A DNA stretch of 57,973 nt from an uncultured Erysipelotrichaceae bacterium (GCA_902803375.1 CADCPN010000031.1:1-57973); one strand, 5' to 3'; shown: positions 50,972-57,973, counted from the first letter of the stretch. The notes: generated by a model from the letters alone, not told the origin. Numbers and translations: made by a program.

Positions 50972-51848
50972 GGATGTGCTGCTAGGGTCCCATATCGGGC
51001 TTTCTGGCCCTGACTATTTTCTTGGCGCCGTCAAAGAAGCGCTTTCCTATGGCGAGAACTGCTTCATGTTCTATACCGGCGCCCCGCAGAATACCCTGCG
51101 TAAAGACGTGTCTGCCTTAAAGCCTGAAGAAGGCAAAAAAGCGTGGCTAGATGCAGGAAATTCCCTTTCCTCCATCATTGTTCACGCTCCCTATATCATT
51201 AACCTTGCCTCCAAACTGAAGCCCGAGTCCTATGCTTTCTCCAAGCAATTCCTCGCCCAAGAGCTTCAAAGGGCCGCCGCCTTTGGCGCGGATAAGCTCG
51301 TCCTCCATCCAGGCTCAGATATGAAGATGGGCCCTGAGGTTGGTATCGCTAACCTCGTGGAGGCCCTCGACGAAGTCCTCGATAACGATGATAGTAGCGT
51401 CAAGATCGCAATCGAGACGATGGCGGGCAAAGGAACCGAGATCGGGCGCAGCTTCGAGGAAGTGGCCAAGATCTTGTCTTTGGTCAAGCATAAGGATAGG
51501 GTAGGCGTCACTCTCGATACCTGCCACGTCCATGATGCTGGCTACGATACCTCCAATCCTTCCGCGGTCATCGATGAATTCGACCGCGTCATCGGACTGG
51601 ATAAGCTTCTTGTCATCCACCTTAACGATTCCAAGAACCCTCTTGGCTCGCATAAGGATAGGCATGAGAACCTTGGCAAAGGCGATATCGGCTTCGAAGC
51701 TTTATCTTGCTTTGTCTACGATCCTCGCCTAGCCAATATCCCGAAAATCTTAGAGACTCCCTATTATAACTCGAAGCCTCCTTATAAGAAGGAGATAGAG
51801 ATGCTGCGGGAAGGCTACTTTGATCCTGATTATCTCTCTAAGCTATAA
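50964..51848 (+). CDS. nfo: endonuclease IV (AP endonuclease)
   Basis: Metal-binding motifs LGSHIG...HAPYIINL...LVLHPGS...ETMAGKG...DTCH...HLNDSK are present. Confidence 0.92.
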   Translation: MNKDVLLGSHIGLSGPDYFLGAVKEALSYGENCFMFYTGAPQNTLRKDVSALKPEEGKKAWLDAGNSLSSIIVHAPYIINLASKLKPESYAFSKQFLAQELQRAAAFGADKLVLHPGSDMKMGPEVGIANLVEALDEVLDNDDSSVKIAIETMAGKGTEIGRSFEEVAKILSLVKHKDRVGVTLDTCHVHDAGYDTSNPSAVIDEFDRVIGLDKLLVIHLNDSKNPLGSHKDRHENLGKGDIGFEALSCFVYDPRLANIPKILETPYYNSKPPYKKEIEMLREGYFDPDYLSKL

Positions 51849-51858
51849 AGCATAAAGA

Positions 51859-51892
51859 ATAGGCTGATTCTTGCGAACCAGCCTTATTTTTT
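51859..51892. terminator. bidirectional terminator between nfo and ispG
   Basis: Stem AATAGGCTG / CAGCCT(T)ATT, followed by TTTTTT. Confidence 0.5.
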
Positions 51893-52943
51893 ATAGCTTT
51901 TCGATTTCTTTGATCAGCTCAGGGACGATATCGGCGTTATCGACGTTACGCAGGATTTCCCCCTTCTTGAAGATAACCCAGGTGCCATTGCCGCCTGCTG
52001 CGCCTAGATCGGCATGCCTAGCCTCCCCTGGGCCGTTGACGATGCAGCCCATGATGGCGACGGTCTTCTGGATATGGTGTTCCTCTAGATATTGCTCTAT
52101 GGCTTTGGCGGTCGGGATGAGGTCGACCTCGGTTCTGCCGCAGGTGGGGCAAGAGATGAAGGTTGGGAACTTATCATAGAGGCCTAAGTCATGAAGAAGG
52201 CGCTGCTCGGCCTTGATTTCCTCGACGGGATCATCGCTTAAGGAAATGCGGATCGTGTCGCCGATGCCATCGAGAAGAAGCGGGGCAAGCCCGGCGGAGC
52301 TTCTAATGAGTCCGATATCCTTTGGTCCAGCCTCGGTGATGCCAAGGTGAAGAGGATATGGGAAGGTCTCGCTGGCGAGGCGATAGGCCTCGATGGTCTC
52401 CCTGACGTCGCTTCCTTTTAAGGAGATCACGATGTCGTGGAAGCCAAGGTCTTCTAGTATCTTCACGTGCTTCTTCGCGGAGTCGACGAGCATCTGGCTC
52501 TTGATGACTTCCTTGCCGAAGTAGATGGATTTATCAAGCGATCCCGAATTGACCCCGATGCGGATGGGGACGTTATGGGCTTTGCAGGCGTCGACGACTT
52601 CCTTGATCTTCCATTCTTCGCCGATGTTGCCGGGATTGATGCGGACGGCATCGACGCCGGCATCAATCGCAGCTAGGGCGAGGCGGTAATCGAAGTGGAT
52701 GTCGGCAACCAAAGGGATGCTCGTTCTTTTCTTTATTTCCTTAAAGGCTTTGGCGTCATCCATATCAAGGCAAGAAAGCCTCATGATATCGGCGCCGGAA
52801 GCCGCGCAGGCATTGATTTGGGCACTCACTTCCTCGACTTTGCTGGTCTTGATGTTGCACATCGACTGCAGCAGGACTTTCTCCTGCCCGCCGAGGGTAA
52901 GGTTTCCTATTTTGATAGGTCTAGTTTCATTACGTTTACGCAT
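51891..52943 (-). CDS. ispG: 4-hydroxy-3-methylbut-2-en-1-yl diphosphate synthase
   Basis: TIM-barrel N-domain (VQSMCNIKT, RINPGNIG) and the C-terminal Fe-S motif CPTCGR...MGCIVNGPGE. Confidence 0.93.
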   Translation of the reverse strand: MRKRNETRPIKIGNLTLGGQEKVLLQSMCNIKTSKVEEVSAQINACAASGADIMRLSCLDMDDAKAFKEIKKRTSIPLVADIHFDYRLALAAIDAGVDAVRINPGNIGEEWKIKEVVDACKAHNVPIRIGVNSGSLDKSIYFGKEVIKSQMLVDSAKKHVKILEDLGFHDIVISLKGSDVRETIEAYRLASETFPYPLHLGITEAGPKDIGLIRSSAGLAPLLLDGIGDTIRISLSDDPVEEIKAEQRLLHDLGLYDKFPTFISCPTCGRTEVDLIPTAKAIEQYLEEHHIQKTVAIMGCIVNGPGEARHADLGAAGGNGTWVIFKKGEILRNVDNADIVPELIKEIEKL

Positions 52944-53042
52944 GGCGATAATTTAGCACAATTTATATGAATATTCCTTGTAGATTTCTAAAGGATCCTA
53001 TGGTACACTTGCACTCGCCTAAAAAGGGAGCGTGAGAAAACA

Positions 53043-53201
53043 ATGGCCAGCAAACGCGATGAAGTCATCCTAAAGTGCACGGAGTGCGGTAACGAGAACT
53101 ACATCACTACCCGCAATAAGAGAAACCATCCGAACAAGATGGAGATCAACAAATTCTGCCCGCACTGCAGAAAGATGACCCTTCACAAAGAGAAGAAATA
53201 A
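53043..53201 (+). CDS. rpmG: 50S ribosomal protein L33
   Basis: Not in the ORF track because it is only 52 aa. Translation: MASKRDEVILKCTECGNENYITTRNKRNHPNKMEINKFCPHCRKMTLHKEKK, with CxxC..CxxC. A terminator follows. Confidence 0.9.
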   Translation: MASKRDEVILKCTECGNENYITTRNKRNHPNKMEINKFCPHCRKMTLHKEKK

Positions 53202-53221
53202 GGCTTCGGCCTTATTTTTTT
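53200..53221 (+). terminator. Rho-independent terminator of rpmG
   Basis: AAGGC-TTCG-GCCTT, followed by a T-run. Confidence 0.6.
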
Positions 53222-53257
53222 CGCTTTTTTCTTCCGAAAACCCTTATCTTTTTATTT

Positions 53258-53902
53258 ATGTCTATCCCCGTTACCAAACTTATTTACGGCGGAGAATTCG
53301 CCAATACCTATATCCTTGGAGAAGAAGGGAAACCATGTCTAGTCATCGACCTAGGCTATAACCGCAACCACTGCGTCGAAAACTACGTCAAGCGCCACCA
53401 TTCTATCTGCGCTGGCATCCTGATCACCCATGGCCACTTCGATCATATCGCTGGGCTCAATGAGCTGGAAAAAGAGGTCATGGCCCCGATTTTCATGCCG
53501 AAAGATGACTTAGAATGCCTAAGGGACCCTAAGCGGAATGGCTCAGACGACCTCTGTGACGAAGAAGTGCTCATCGAGCAACGAATCCAGCCATATGGGG
53601 TAGAAGACGAAGACGAGATCGCGCTTGGGGGATTCAAAGTCAAGGTGATCGCCACCCCCTTCCATACGATCGGCTCGGTCTGCTATTACATCGAATCCCT
53701 TGGCATCCTCTTCTCTGGCGATACCTTGTTCCATTTAGGAATCGGAAGATATGACCTTCCTGGCGCTGCCCCAAGAATGAGAAGAAGCAGCCTTAGGAAA
53801 CTCGGCGATTTGCCTGACGATACCAAGGTTTATCCCGGGCACGGCCCATCCACGACCATCGGGGATGAGAAGCGCTTCAACGACGCCTTCCTTGACCTTT
53901 AA
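53258..53902 (+). CDS. MBL-fold metallo-hydrolase (glyoxalase II / YqgX-like)
   Basis: Metal motif ITHGHFDHIAG, a later GDTLF motif and a C-terminal PGHGP. Confidence 0.85.
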   Translation: MSIPVTKLIYGGEFANTYILGEEGKPCLVIDLGYNRNHCVENYVKRHHSICAGILITHGHFDHIAGLNELEKEVMAPIFMPKDDLECLRDPKRNGSDDLCDEEVLIEQRIQPYGVEDEDEIALGGFKVKVIATPFHTIGSVCYYIESLGILFSGDTLFHLGIGRYDLPGAAPRMRRSSLRKLGDLPDDTKVYPGHGPSTTIGDEKRFNDAFLDL

Positions 53903-53938
53903 CTTCGCTCTTTGAAGAGCCGAACGACTTGTATATAA
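53900..53938. repeat. direct repeat copy 1 (39 bp)
   Basis: TAACTTCGCTCTTTGAAGAGCCGAACGACTTGTATATAA. It starts with the TAA stop of the MBL hydrolase gene and contains the palindrome GCTCTT-TG-AAGAGC. Confidence 0.95.
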
Positions 53939-54089
53939 CCTGACTTAACGCCGGAACCCTAAAACAGAGCCAAAATTTTAATCAATCTCAAACAATATAG
54001 TGTTAAATCTTAAAAACGGGTATAAATTATAAAACTCGTTATTGCGACGCCAAAATTATATGGTGCTATTTGCCGAAGAGGGGGTTGAT

Positions 54090-54572
54090 ATGACTTTTAG
54101 AGTGGACTATAGAACATCTACAAGCAGCTCGTGGAAAAATAATATAGATTGGAATCCTGCTAAAGCTGAAGGATATTTCGCTAAACAGTGGTGGATTACT
54201 GGATTTAGCCCAACCTGCGCAAACAAGAAATTACCTAATTCCAGCTTTTTAAGGGCTACTTATACAGTTAAATGTATAACTAAGGGATATAGTAGTTCAT
54301 TTGATACGGCTTTGAAGAATAGTTTTCAATCTAAGTATGTGAATTCAATGAACCTGTGGACTTTTAATTCGAGAGTATCCGGAATCTTGTGTAGAACAGG
54401 ATTCGCGATACTCTCCGAGGAATCCCCGCATGTGACTGCTTCCCTTGGAAACGTCGAACGAAATGATTGGACCATCCATGGTTTCAATGGCTCCTTCCTG
54501 GATGTTTCCGCCTTAGGCTGGGTTCCCTTGCTTTCCGGCCACCCAATTTTTCATGGACGTGATTCGAAATGA
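54090..54572 (+). CDS. hypothetical ORF, probably a truncated or chimeric gene fragment
   Basis: The ATG at 54090 is preceded by GAAGAGGGGG. The first ~100 codons lie in DNA of about 35% GC, and the rest runs into DNA of about 50% GC. No recognisable domain. Confidence 0.3.
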   Translation: MTFRVDYRTSTSSSWKNNIDWNPAKAEGYFAKQWWITGFSPTCANKKLPNSSFLRATYTVKCITKGYSSSFDTALKNSFQSKYVNSMNLWTFNSRVSGILCRTGFAILSEESPHVTASLGNVERNDWTIHGFNGSFLDVSALGWVPLLSGHPIFHGRDSK

Positions 54573-54760
54573 CCTGCGGTCTTTCAATTAGGTGTAAGCT
54601 GTCTTTCGCCAAAAAGAGGGAATGCGGATTTTATTGTTCGATTTTATGCTCTAAAGTGGACTTTCCGTCATTCCCAAAGTCATCTTTTGCATGCCTGCGT
54701 AAGAAGACCAGGAGACCTCATCGGTCCCTGCCGCAGACGGCAACCCTATTGTAAGTCGCC

Positions 54761-54780
54761 GCATATCCCGCGGGATATGC
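54761..54780. repeat. perfect 20-bp palindrome
   Basis: GCATATCCCGCGGGATATGC is its own reverse complement. Confidence 0.9.
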
Positions 54781-54821
54781 CTATGGCAGTGACCAAGGAA
54801 TCATCCTGGTATTAATCATAT

Positions 54822-54849
54822 GAAACAAAGCCCCGCATTGCTGCGAGGC
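54822..54849 (-). terminator. Rho-independent terminator of the lipoprotein gene
   Basis: On the minus strand: GCCTCGC-AGCAAT-GCGGGGC, followed by TTTGTTTC. Confidence 0.55.
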
Positions 54850-54876
54850 TAAGTTTATAGGATGGGAAGTGATGAC

Positions 54877-57030
54877 TTACTTCTTGAAGTGGAGGGTGTT
54901 GTAGATCTTCACTCCATCTTCTCCGGCCGCGGAGAGGACAGCAAGTTTGAATTGCGTTTTGCTATTCCAGTTGCAGAGGGCGACTTCGACATCAATCGTC
55001 TTACCAACAAACGGTTCCAAGAACGCGTATTGGGAGATGCTCGAGGAATAAACTTGAATCGAGCTAGTGCCATCGGCCACAGAATAGGTCGGGTAGCTAC
55101 CGCTGCTCTTGGTAATCGTGCCTTGGAGGGCATATACGTTCAGCGTGACGGAGTCATTGGTTTTCTCGAACTTTTTCAAATCCGAAATGGTCTTGCCGGT
55201 GATGAAGGCCGAGGCCGGGAGTTCATGGCTGCCAAATTCATTGGCAACAAGTTTGGCATTGCTAAGGCATTGTTCACCAAAGTTATAGTCGGTTGCCGTC
55301 CAAAGATCACGGGTCGCATTAAGAATAATCTTTTGGCCCATTTTGACGTGAGCGAACCATTTCGCGGAGTCGTGGAGGGTAACGGCAATCGCTCCGTTTT
55401 CATCAAAGAGGTAGAAACCATCTTGGACGGTGAGAGACGGGCCGACGATACCTTCGACGGTAACTTCGGTATCGACCGCGGCTTTTTTGGCCGCGTCGAC
55501 GTTGATCGCGGTGATGTCGCCAAGGGCTTTGCGTTCAATGGCAATCTTCTTGGTCGCGAACTTAAATCCTTCTAAGGACGCGGAGATGGTAATGTTGGCC
55601 GTACCGGTTCCGCTGGTATGGAAGATGGTCTTGCCGTCTTTTTCTTCAAAGGAAGCTACCGTGTTATTGTCAGAAGCATAAGTGAGCTTCGCGCCTTCAA
55701 ATCCAAGAAGCGTGCTGGAGACGGTGGTCGTCATTTCTAACGCCGGGTCAGCAACGTAAGAGGTTTCGAATTGGTCAACGGCATAGTAGTCGATAGCAAA
55801 TTGAGCGGCATCGTTCTTATCGAAGGCGAAATGGTTGTCTTCGATTTTGACCGGGACAAAGCGCCAGGCGCAGCCATAAGTCGTGCTCTTGGCATTGAGG
55901 GCGGTCAAATAGACCGTGCAGATCTTGTTGACGAACGGATCGATCCAGGCAAAGTCAGAACCGCTATTTTGCGAATAGACGTAGTTACCAGTGACGCCAT
56001 CCAAGTCATTGAAGTAATAGTTGGTGAATCCGCCAGGTCCTTCCACGACGGATTTGGTGATGTAGGCATTGGCCTTATAAACCTTGGTCGAGATGTCTTC
56101 AGAGACCGGAGTTTCGACGATTTCCTTGACCGTCTTGGGCTGAGCGAAGGTCAAATCGATGGTGCCGTTACCCGCAGTCTTGTTCAAAAGGGTGACGTTT
56201 TCGATTTGATTGCAGCCTTTGTAACCATATTTGGCCGCGTTGGTTTGTTCTTTCCCCAAAACATAGTTGGTCTTTTCGCCGGCGATTTCAATCTTGTCGC
56301 CAACTTGGACGCGTCCCGCGACATCGGTAGAGAAGACATAGATGGAATCCGTGCCATCGCTGACCATGACGCCTTCGGCCGCGTTCTTTTGTCCGAAGAG
56401 GATGCTAAGAACTTGGAGGTTCTTCATGTGAACCTTGCTGCCGTTTGCGGAAGCGCGGGCCGCGGCGACGGTCGCATCCTTATATTGGGTTAAATCAATA
56501 TCCGGGGCATTGTGGGTGAAGGAAAGGATCCACGCGGAAACAAGCTCCATTTGGGAGTTCTTGTAGTTTTGGACGTTGCATTCGAGTTCGATGTCGTCTC
56601 CTGCGACGGGGCGTTCTTCTTCCGGAAGTTCGCTGTAGCGTTTTTCACCGGTCTTGTCATAGGTGCCATAGACATAGACTTCGCCGGTTTCGTCCTTAAT
56701 GGTCATTTCTCCATAAACAGGGTTGCTAACTTTGACGACTTTGGCCCGGACGCGATAACGTGTTTCGGATTTGGAGCCGTCTTCTGGAGCAAGGGCGATG
56801 ATTTCCGCGATTGTTTTGTATTCCGCGGGTTTTACGTCAGACGAGGTATTGGAGGAATCACTGGACGTCTTGTTGGACGTATCAGTAGAAACGGGGGTGT
56901 CTGGGGTAGACACAGGGAAAGAGGTGCTCTCTCCCGGCTTCGTGGAGGAATCATTCGGTTTGGTCGTGCCGCAGGAAGCGAGCGCGAGAAGCGAAGTGGC
57001 CAGCACGAAAAGCAGCGACTTGTTTTTCAT
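54877..57030 (-). CDS. large surface lipoprotein with about five OB-fold-like modules and one Ig-like (Big_2-type) module
   Basis: 717 aa. Signal peptide plus lipobox LALASC, then an S/T/P-rich stalk. The recurring pattern is a [beta-rich run]-DGT/DETG-xIxVY-...-GDxIE/VGxxIxV unit, for example YRVRAKVVKVSNPVYGEMTIKDETGEVYVYG..GDDIELECNV, GVMVSDGTDSIYVFS..VQVGDKIEIAG, VEGIVGPSLTVQDGFYLFDENGAIAVTL..MGQKIILNA and LQGTITKSSGSYPTYSVADGTSSIQVYS..VGKTIDVEVA. Confidence 0.75.
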   Translation of the reverse strand: MKNKSLLFVLATSLLALASCGTTKPNDSSTKPGESTSFPVSTPDTPVSTDTSNKTSSDSSNTSSDVKPAEYKTIAEIIALAPEDGSKSETRYRVRAKVVKVSNPVYGEMTIKDETGEVYVYGTYDKTGEKRYSELPEEERPVAGDDIELECNVQNYKNSQMELVSAWILSFTHNAPDIDLTQYKDATVAAARASANGSKVHMKNLQVLSILFGQKNAAEGVMVSDGTDSIYVFSTDVAGRVQVGDKIEIAGEKTNYVLGKEQTNAAKYGYKGCNQIENVTLLNKTAGNGTIDLTFAQPKTVKEIVETPVSEDISTKVYKANAYITKSVVEGPGGFTNYYFNDLDGVTGNYVYSQNSGSDFAWIDPFVNKICTVYLTALNAKSTTYGCAWRFVPVKIEDNHFAFDKNDAAQFAIDYYAVDQFETSYVADPALEMTTTVSSTLLGFEGAKLTYASDNNTVASFEEKDGKTIFHTSGTGTANITISASLEGFKFATKKIAIERKALGDITAINVDAAKKAAVDTEVTVEGIVGPSLTVQDGFYLFDENGAIAVTLHDSAKWFAHVKMGQKIILNATRDLWTATDYNFGEQCLSNAKLVANEFGSHELPASAFITGKTISDLKKFEKTNDSVTLNVYALQGTITKSSGSYPTYSVADGTSSIQVYSSSISQYAFLEPFVGKTIDVEVALCNWNSKTQFKLAVLSAAGEDGVKIYNTLHFKK

Positions 57031-57175
57031 CTTTCATTCCTTTCTAAAGCAGCAAAAAAGGGTGCTACTATCCCCCATGGACCATGGAGAATTCGTACCC
57101 TTCAGCTGCATTTTGATTTGATGAATGGTTTTGAACCAACCAAAATTGAAGCACGGAACGGCAAGAAAGCAAATA

Positions 57176-57200
57176 GTAAAATTGTAAAATCCCGTAAAAT
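57176..57200. repeat. three closely spaced GTAAAAT direct repeats upstream of the lipoprotein gene
   Basis: GTAAAAT occurs at 57176-57182, 57184-57190 and 57194-57200. Confidence 0.8.
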
Positions 57201-57369
57201 CGTGTTCTATTTCAGGTGATGTGAAACAAAATCGATAGCCAAGGAACATAACCCAGGGACGCAACCCCCGAGGGGGTTCGGCGGCGGCATATGAAAAAGG
57301 CATCCTGGCCTTTATAATGTTGTTTGTCAAAAACGCATTGGGAAAGGGGGGTGCCATGGGCATTATATC

Positions 57370-57909
57370 ACAAGAGAAGGCCAGGAATTACCTGCCTTTG
57401 GACGTTCAGACGAGGCTTTCGTGCTGCCAAAGGAGGGCAAACTCCGGCTGGAGCGTGAAGAAGATCTGCTCCTATTGCCGCGTCTGCAGGCAGTCGCTTT
57501 GGAGGCGGATGGCCAGGTTCGACGGGAGCGAGTTCTCTGACAAGGCCTTCAAAAGGCGAGGGGAGCCGATGCGGCCGCAGGTACCCCAACGCCTTGGAGC
57601 CGCTATTGGCCGCACATGGGCCGATCCCGATTCATAAGGCCGAGGACGCCTGAGCATAACGGGAAGGTCGAAAGAAGCCACGGGATCGACCAGGAGAAGT
57701 TCTACCGCAACCTGAGATTCTATTCTTTGGATGACCTCAGGAAGCAAGGGAAAGCCTGGATGGACCGATACCATTCGACCCCAAGGATGGCGCTCAGGCT
57801 GAGATCGCCCAACCAAGCGGAACTTGACAGCTTAAAACGGATTATGAAGAATACGGGCGAGGTCAGATGCCCGAGATTGCTAAAATGTCTCACATCAGCT
57901 GATAACTAA
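57370..57909 (+). pseudogene. 5'-truncated, frameshifted DDE (rve/integrase-core) transposase remnant, IS481/IS3-like
   Basis: FDGSEF (the DNGSEF-like box) lies in one frame at about 57510. LEPLLAAHG lies in a second frame at about 57594-57620. IRPRTPEHNGKVERSHGIDQEKFY plus the C-terminus lie in a third frame (57616-57909). No N-terminal HTH or first catalytic Asp region is present. Confidence 0.6.
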
Positions 57910-57930
57910 CAAATCCCAAAAACGGGCCTA

Positions 57931-57969
57931 TAACTTCGCTCTTTGAAGAGCCGAACGACTTGTATATAA
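57931..57969. repeat. direct repeat copy 2 (39 bp)
   Basis: Identical to 53900-53938. The window ends 4 nt later. Confidence 0.95.
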
Positions 57970-57973
57970 TACA

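Larger units (their letters stand above)
53900..57969. mobile_element. about 4-kb composite island bounded by perfect 39-bp direct repeats (decayed integrative or transposon-borne element)
   Basis: Identical 39-mers sit at both ends. The interior has an AT-rich block, a cargo gene on the opposite strand and an rve transposase remnant. See findings. Confidence 0.55.

Noticed and set aside
54569-54754. A 61-aa ORF (MTCGLSIRCKLSFAKKRECGF...).
   Set aside because: It has no RBS and a Cys/Arg/Ser-rich non-protein-like translation. It lies in the hairpin-dense tract and is better treated as non-coding.
54862-57219. Three + strand ORFs of about 235-240 aa (54862-55575, 55771-56493, 56512-57219) opposite the lipoprotein gene.
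   Set aside because: They start at non-ATG codons in the track and have G/D/V/R-rich low-complexity translations. They tile exactly the antisense of a gene that has a clean signal peptide, lipobox, RBS and terminator.
57034-57363. A 109-aa minus-strand ORF upstream of the lipoprotein gene.
   Set aside because: It would end 4 nt before the lipoprotein start codon and run through the heptamer repeats and the GC hairpin. It has no RBS and an implausible composition.
57616-57909. ORF 57616-57909 considered as an intact small transposase or integrase.
   Set aside because: It encodes only the C-terminal third of an rve domain. The upstream parts of the domain are in two other frames and the N-terminal HTH/first-Asp region is missing, so it is called a pseudogene.

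Overview
This is a 58-kb chromosomal segment from a Bacillota (Firmicutes)-type genome. It uses the standard genetic code (TGA is a stop codon) and is about 50% GC, estimated by hand on a few lines rather than computed. Most genes are on the + strand, and gene order follows the classical Bacillus subtilis housekeeping arrangement: alaS, greA, comEA-comEC-holA, rpsT, fmt, lepA-hemW, hrcA-grpE-dnaK-dnaJ, rsmE-mtaB, rpmF, deoC, rpsU, ybeY-cdd-era-recO, glyQS-dnaG-rpoD-trmK, ispH, cshB-nfo, ispG, rpmG. The sporulation genes that interrupt this region in B. subtilis (gpr, spoIIP, yqfC/D) are absent. Two ribosomal protein genes fall below the ORF-track length cutoff and were recovered by eye: rpsU (32130-32306) and rpmG (53043-53201). 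Regulatory elements visible in the sequence are a T-box leader upstream of alaS, two CIRCE operators overlapping a sigmaA-type promoter upstream of hrcA, and numerous Rho-independent terminators. I found no rRNA, tRNA or CRISPR. The non-housekeeping content is a set of small insertions in the conserved backbone:
(1) The strongest anomaly is a ~4-kb island (53900-57969) bracketed by perfect 39-bp direct repeats. It carries an AT-rich foreign segment, a non-coding tract rich in hairpins, a 717-aa surface lipoprotein with several OB-like modules, and a truncated, frameshifted rve-type transposase.
(2) A cysE-like acetyltransferase and a fused adenylation-carrier protein lie upstream of rpsT.
(3) A PD-(D/E)xK nuclease is fused to an Fe-S XPD/DinG-type helicase.
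(4) A Fic-like protein with a degenerate catalytic motif is paired with a small membrane protein.
(5) A C39 peptidase-transmembrane protein lacks an ATPase domain.
(6) An Opp-type ABC operon ends in a TPR-like protein and faces a divergent TetR regulator.
(7) An orphan ORF is translationally coupled inside rsmE-mtaB.
All functional calls come from motif recognition by eye. No database search was run.
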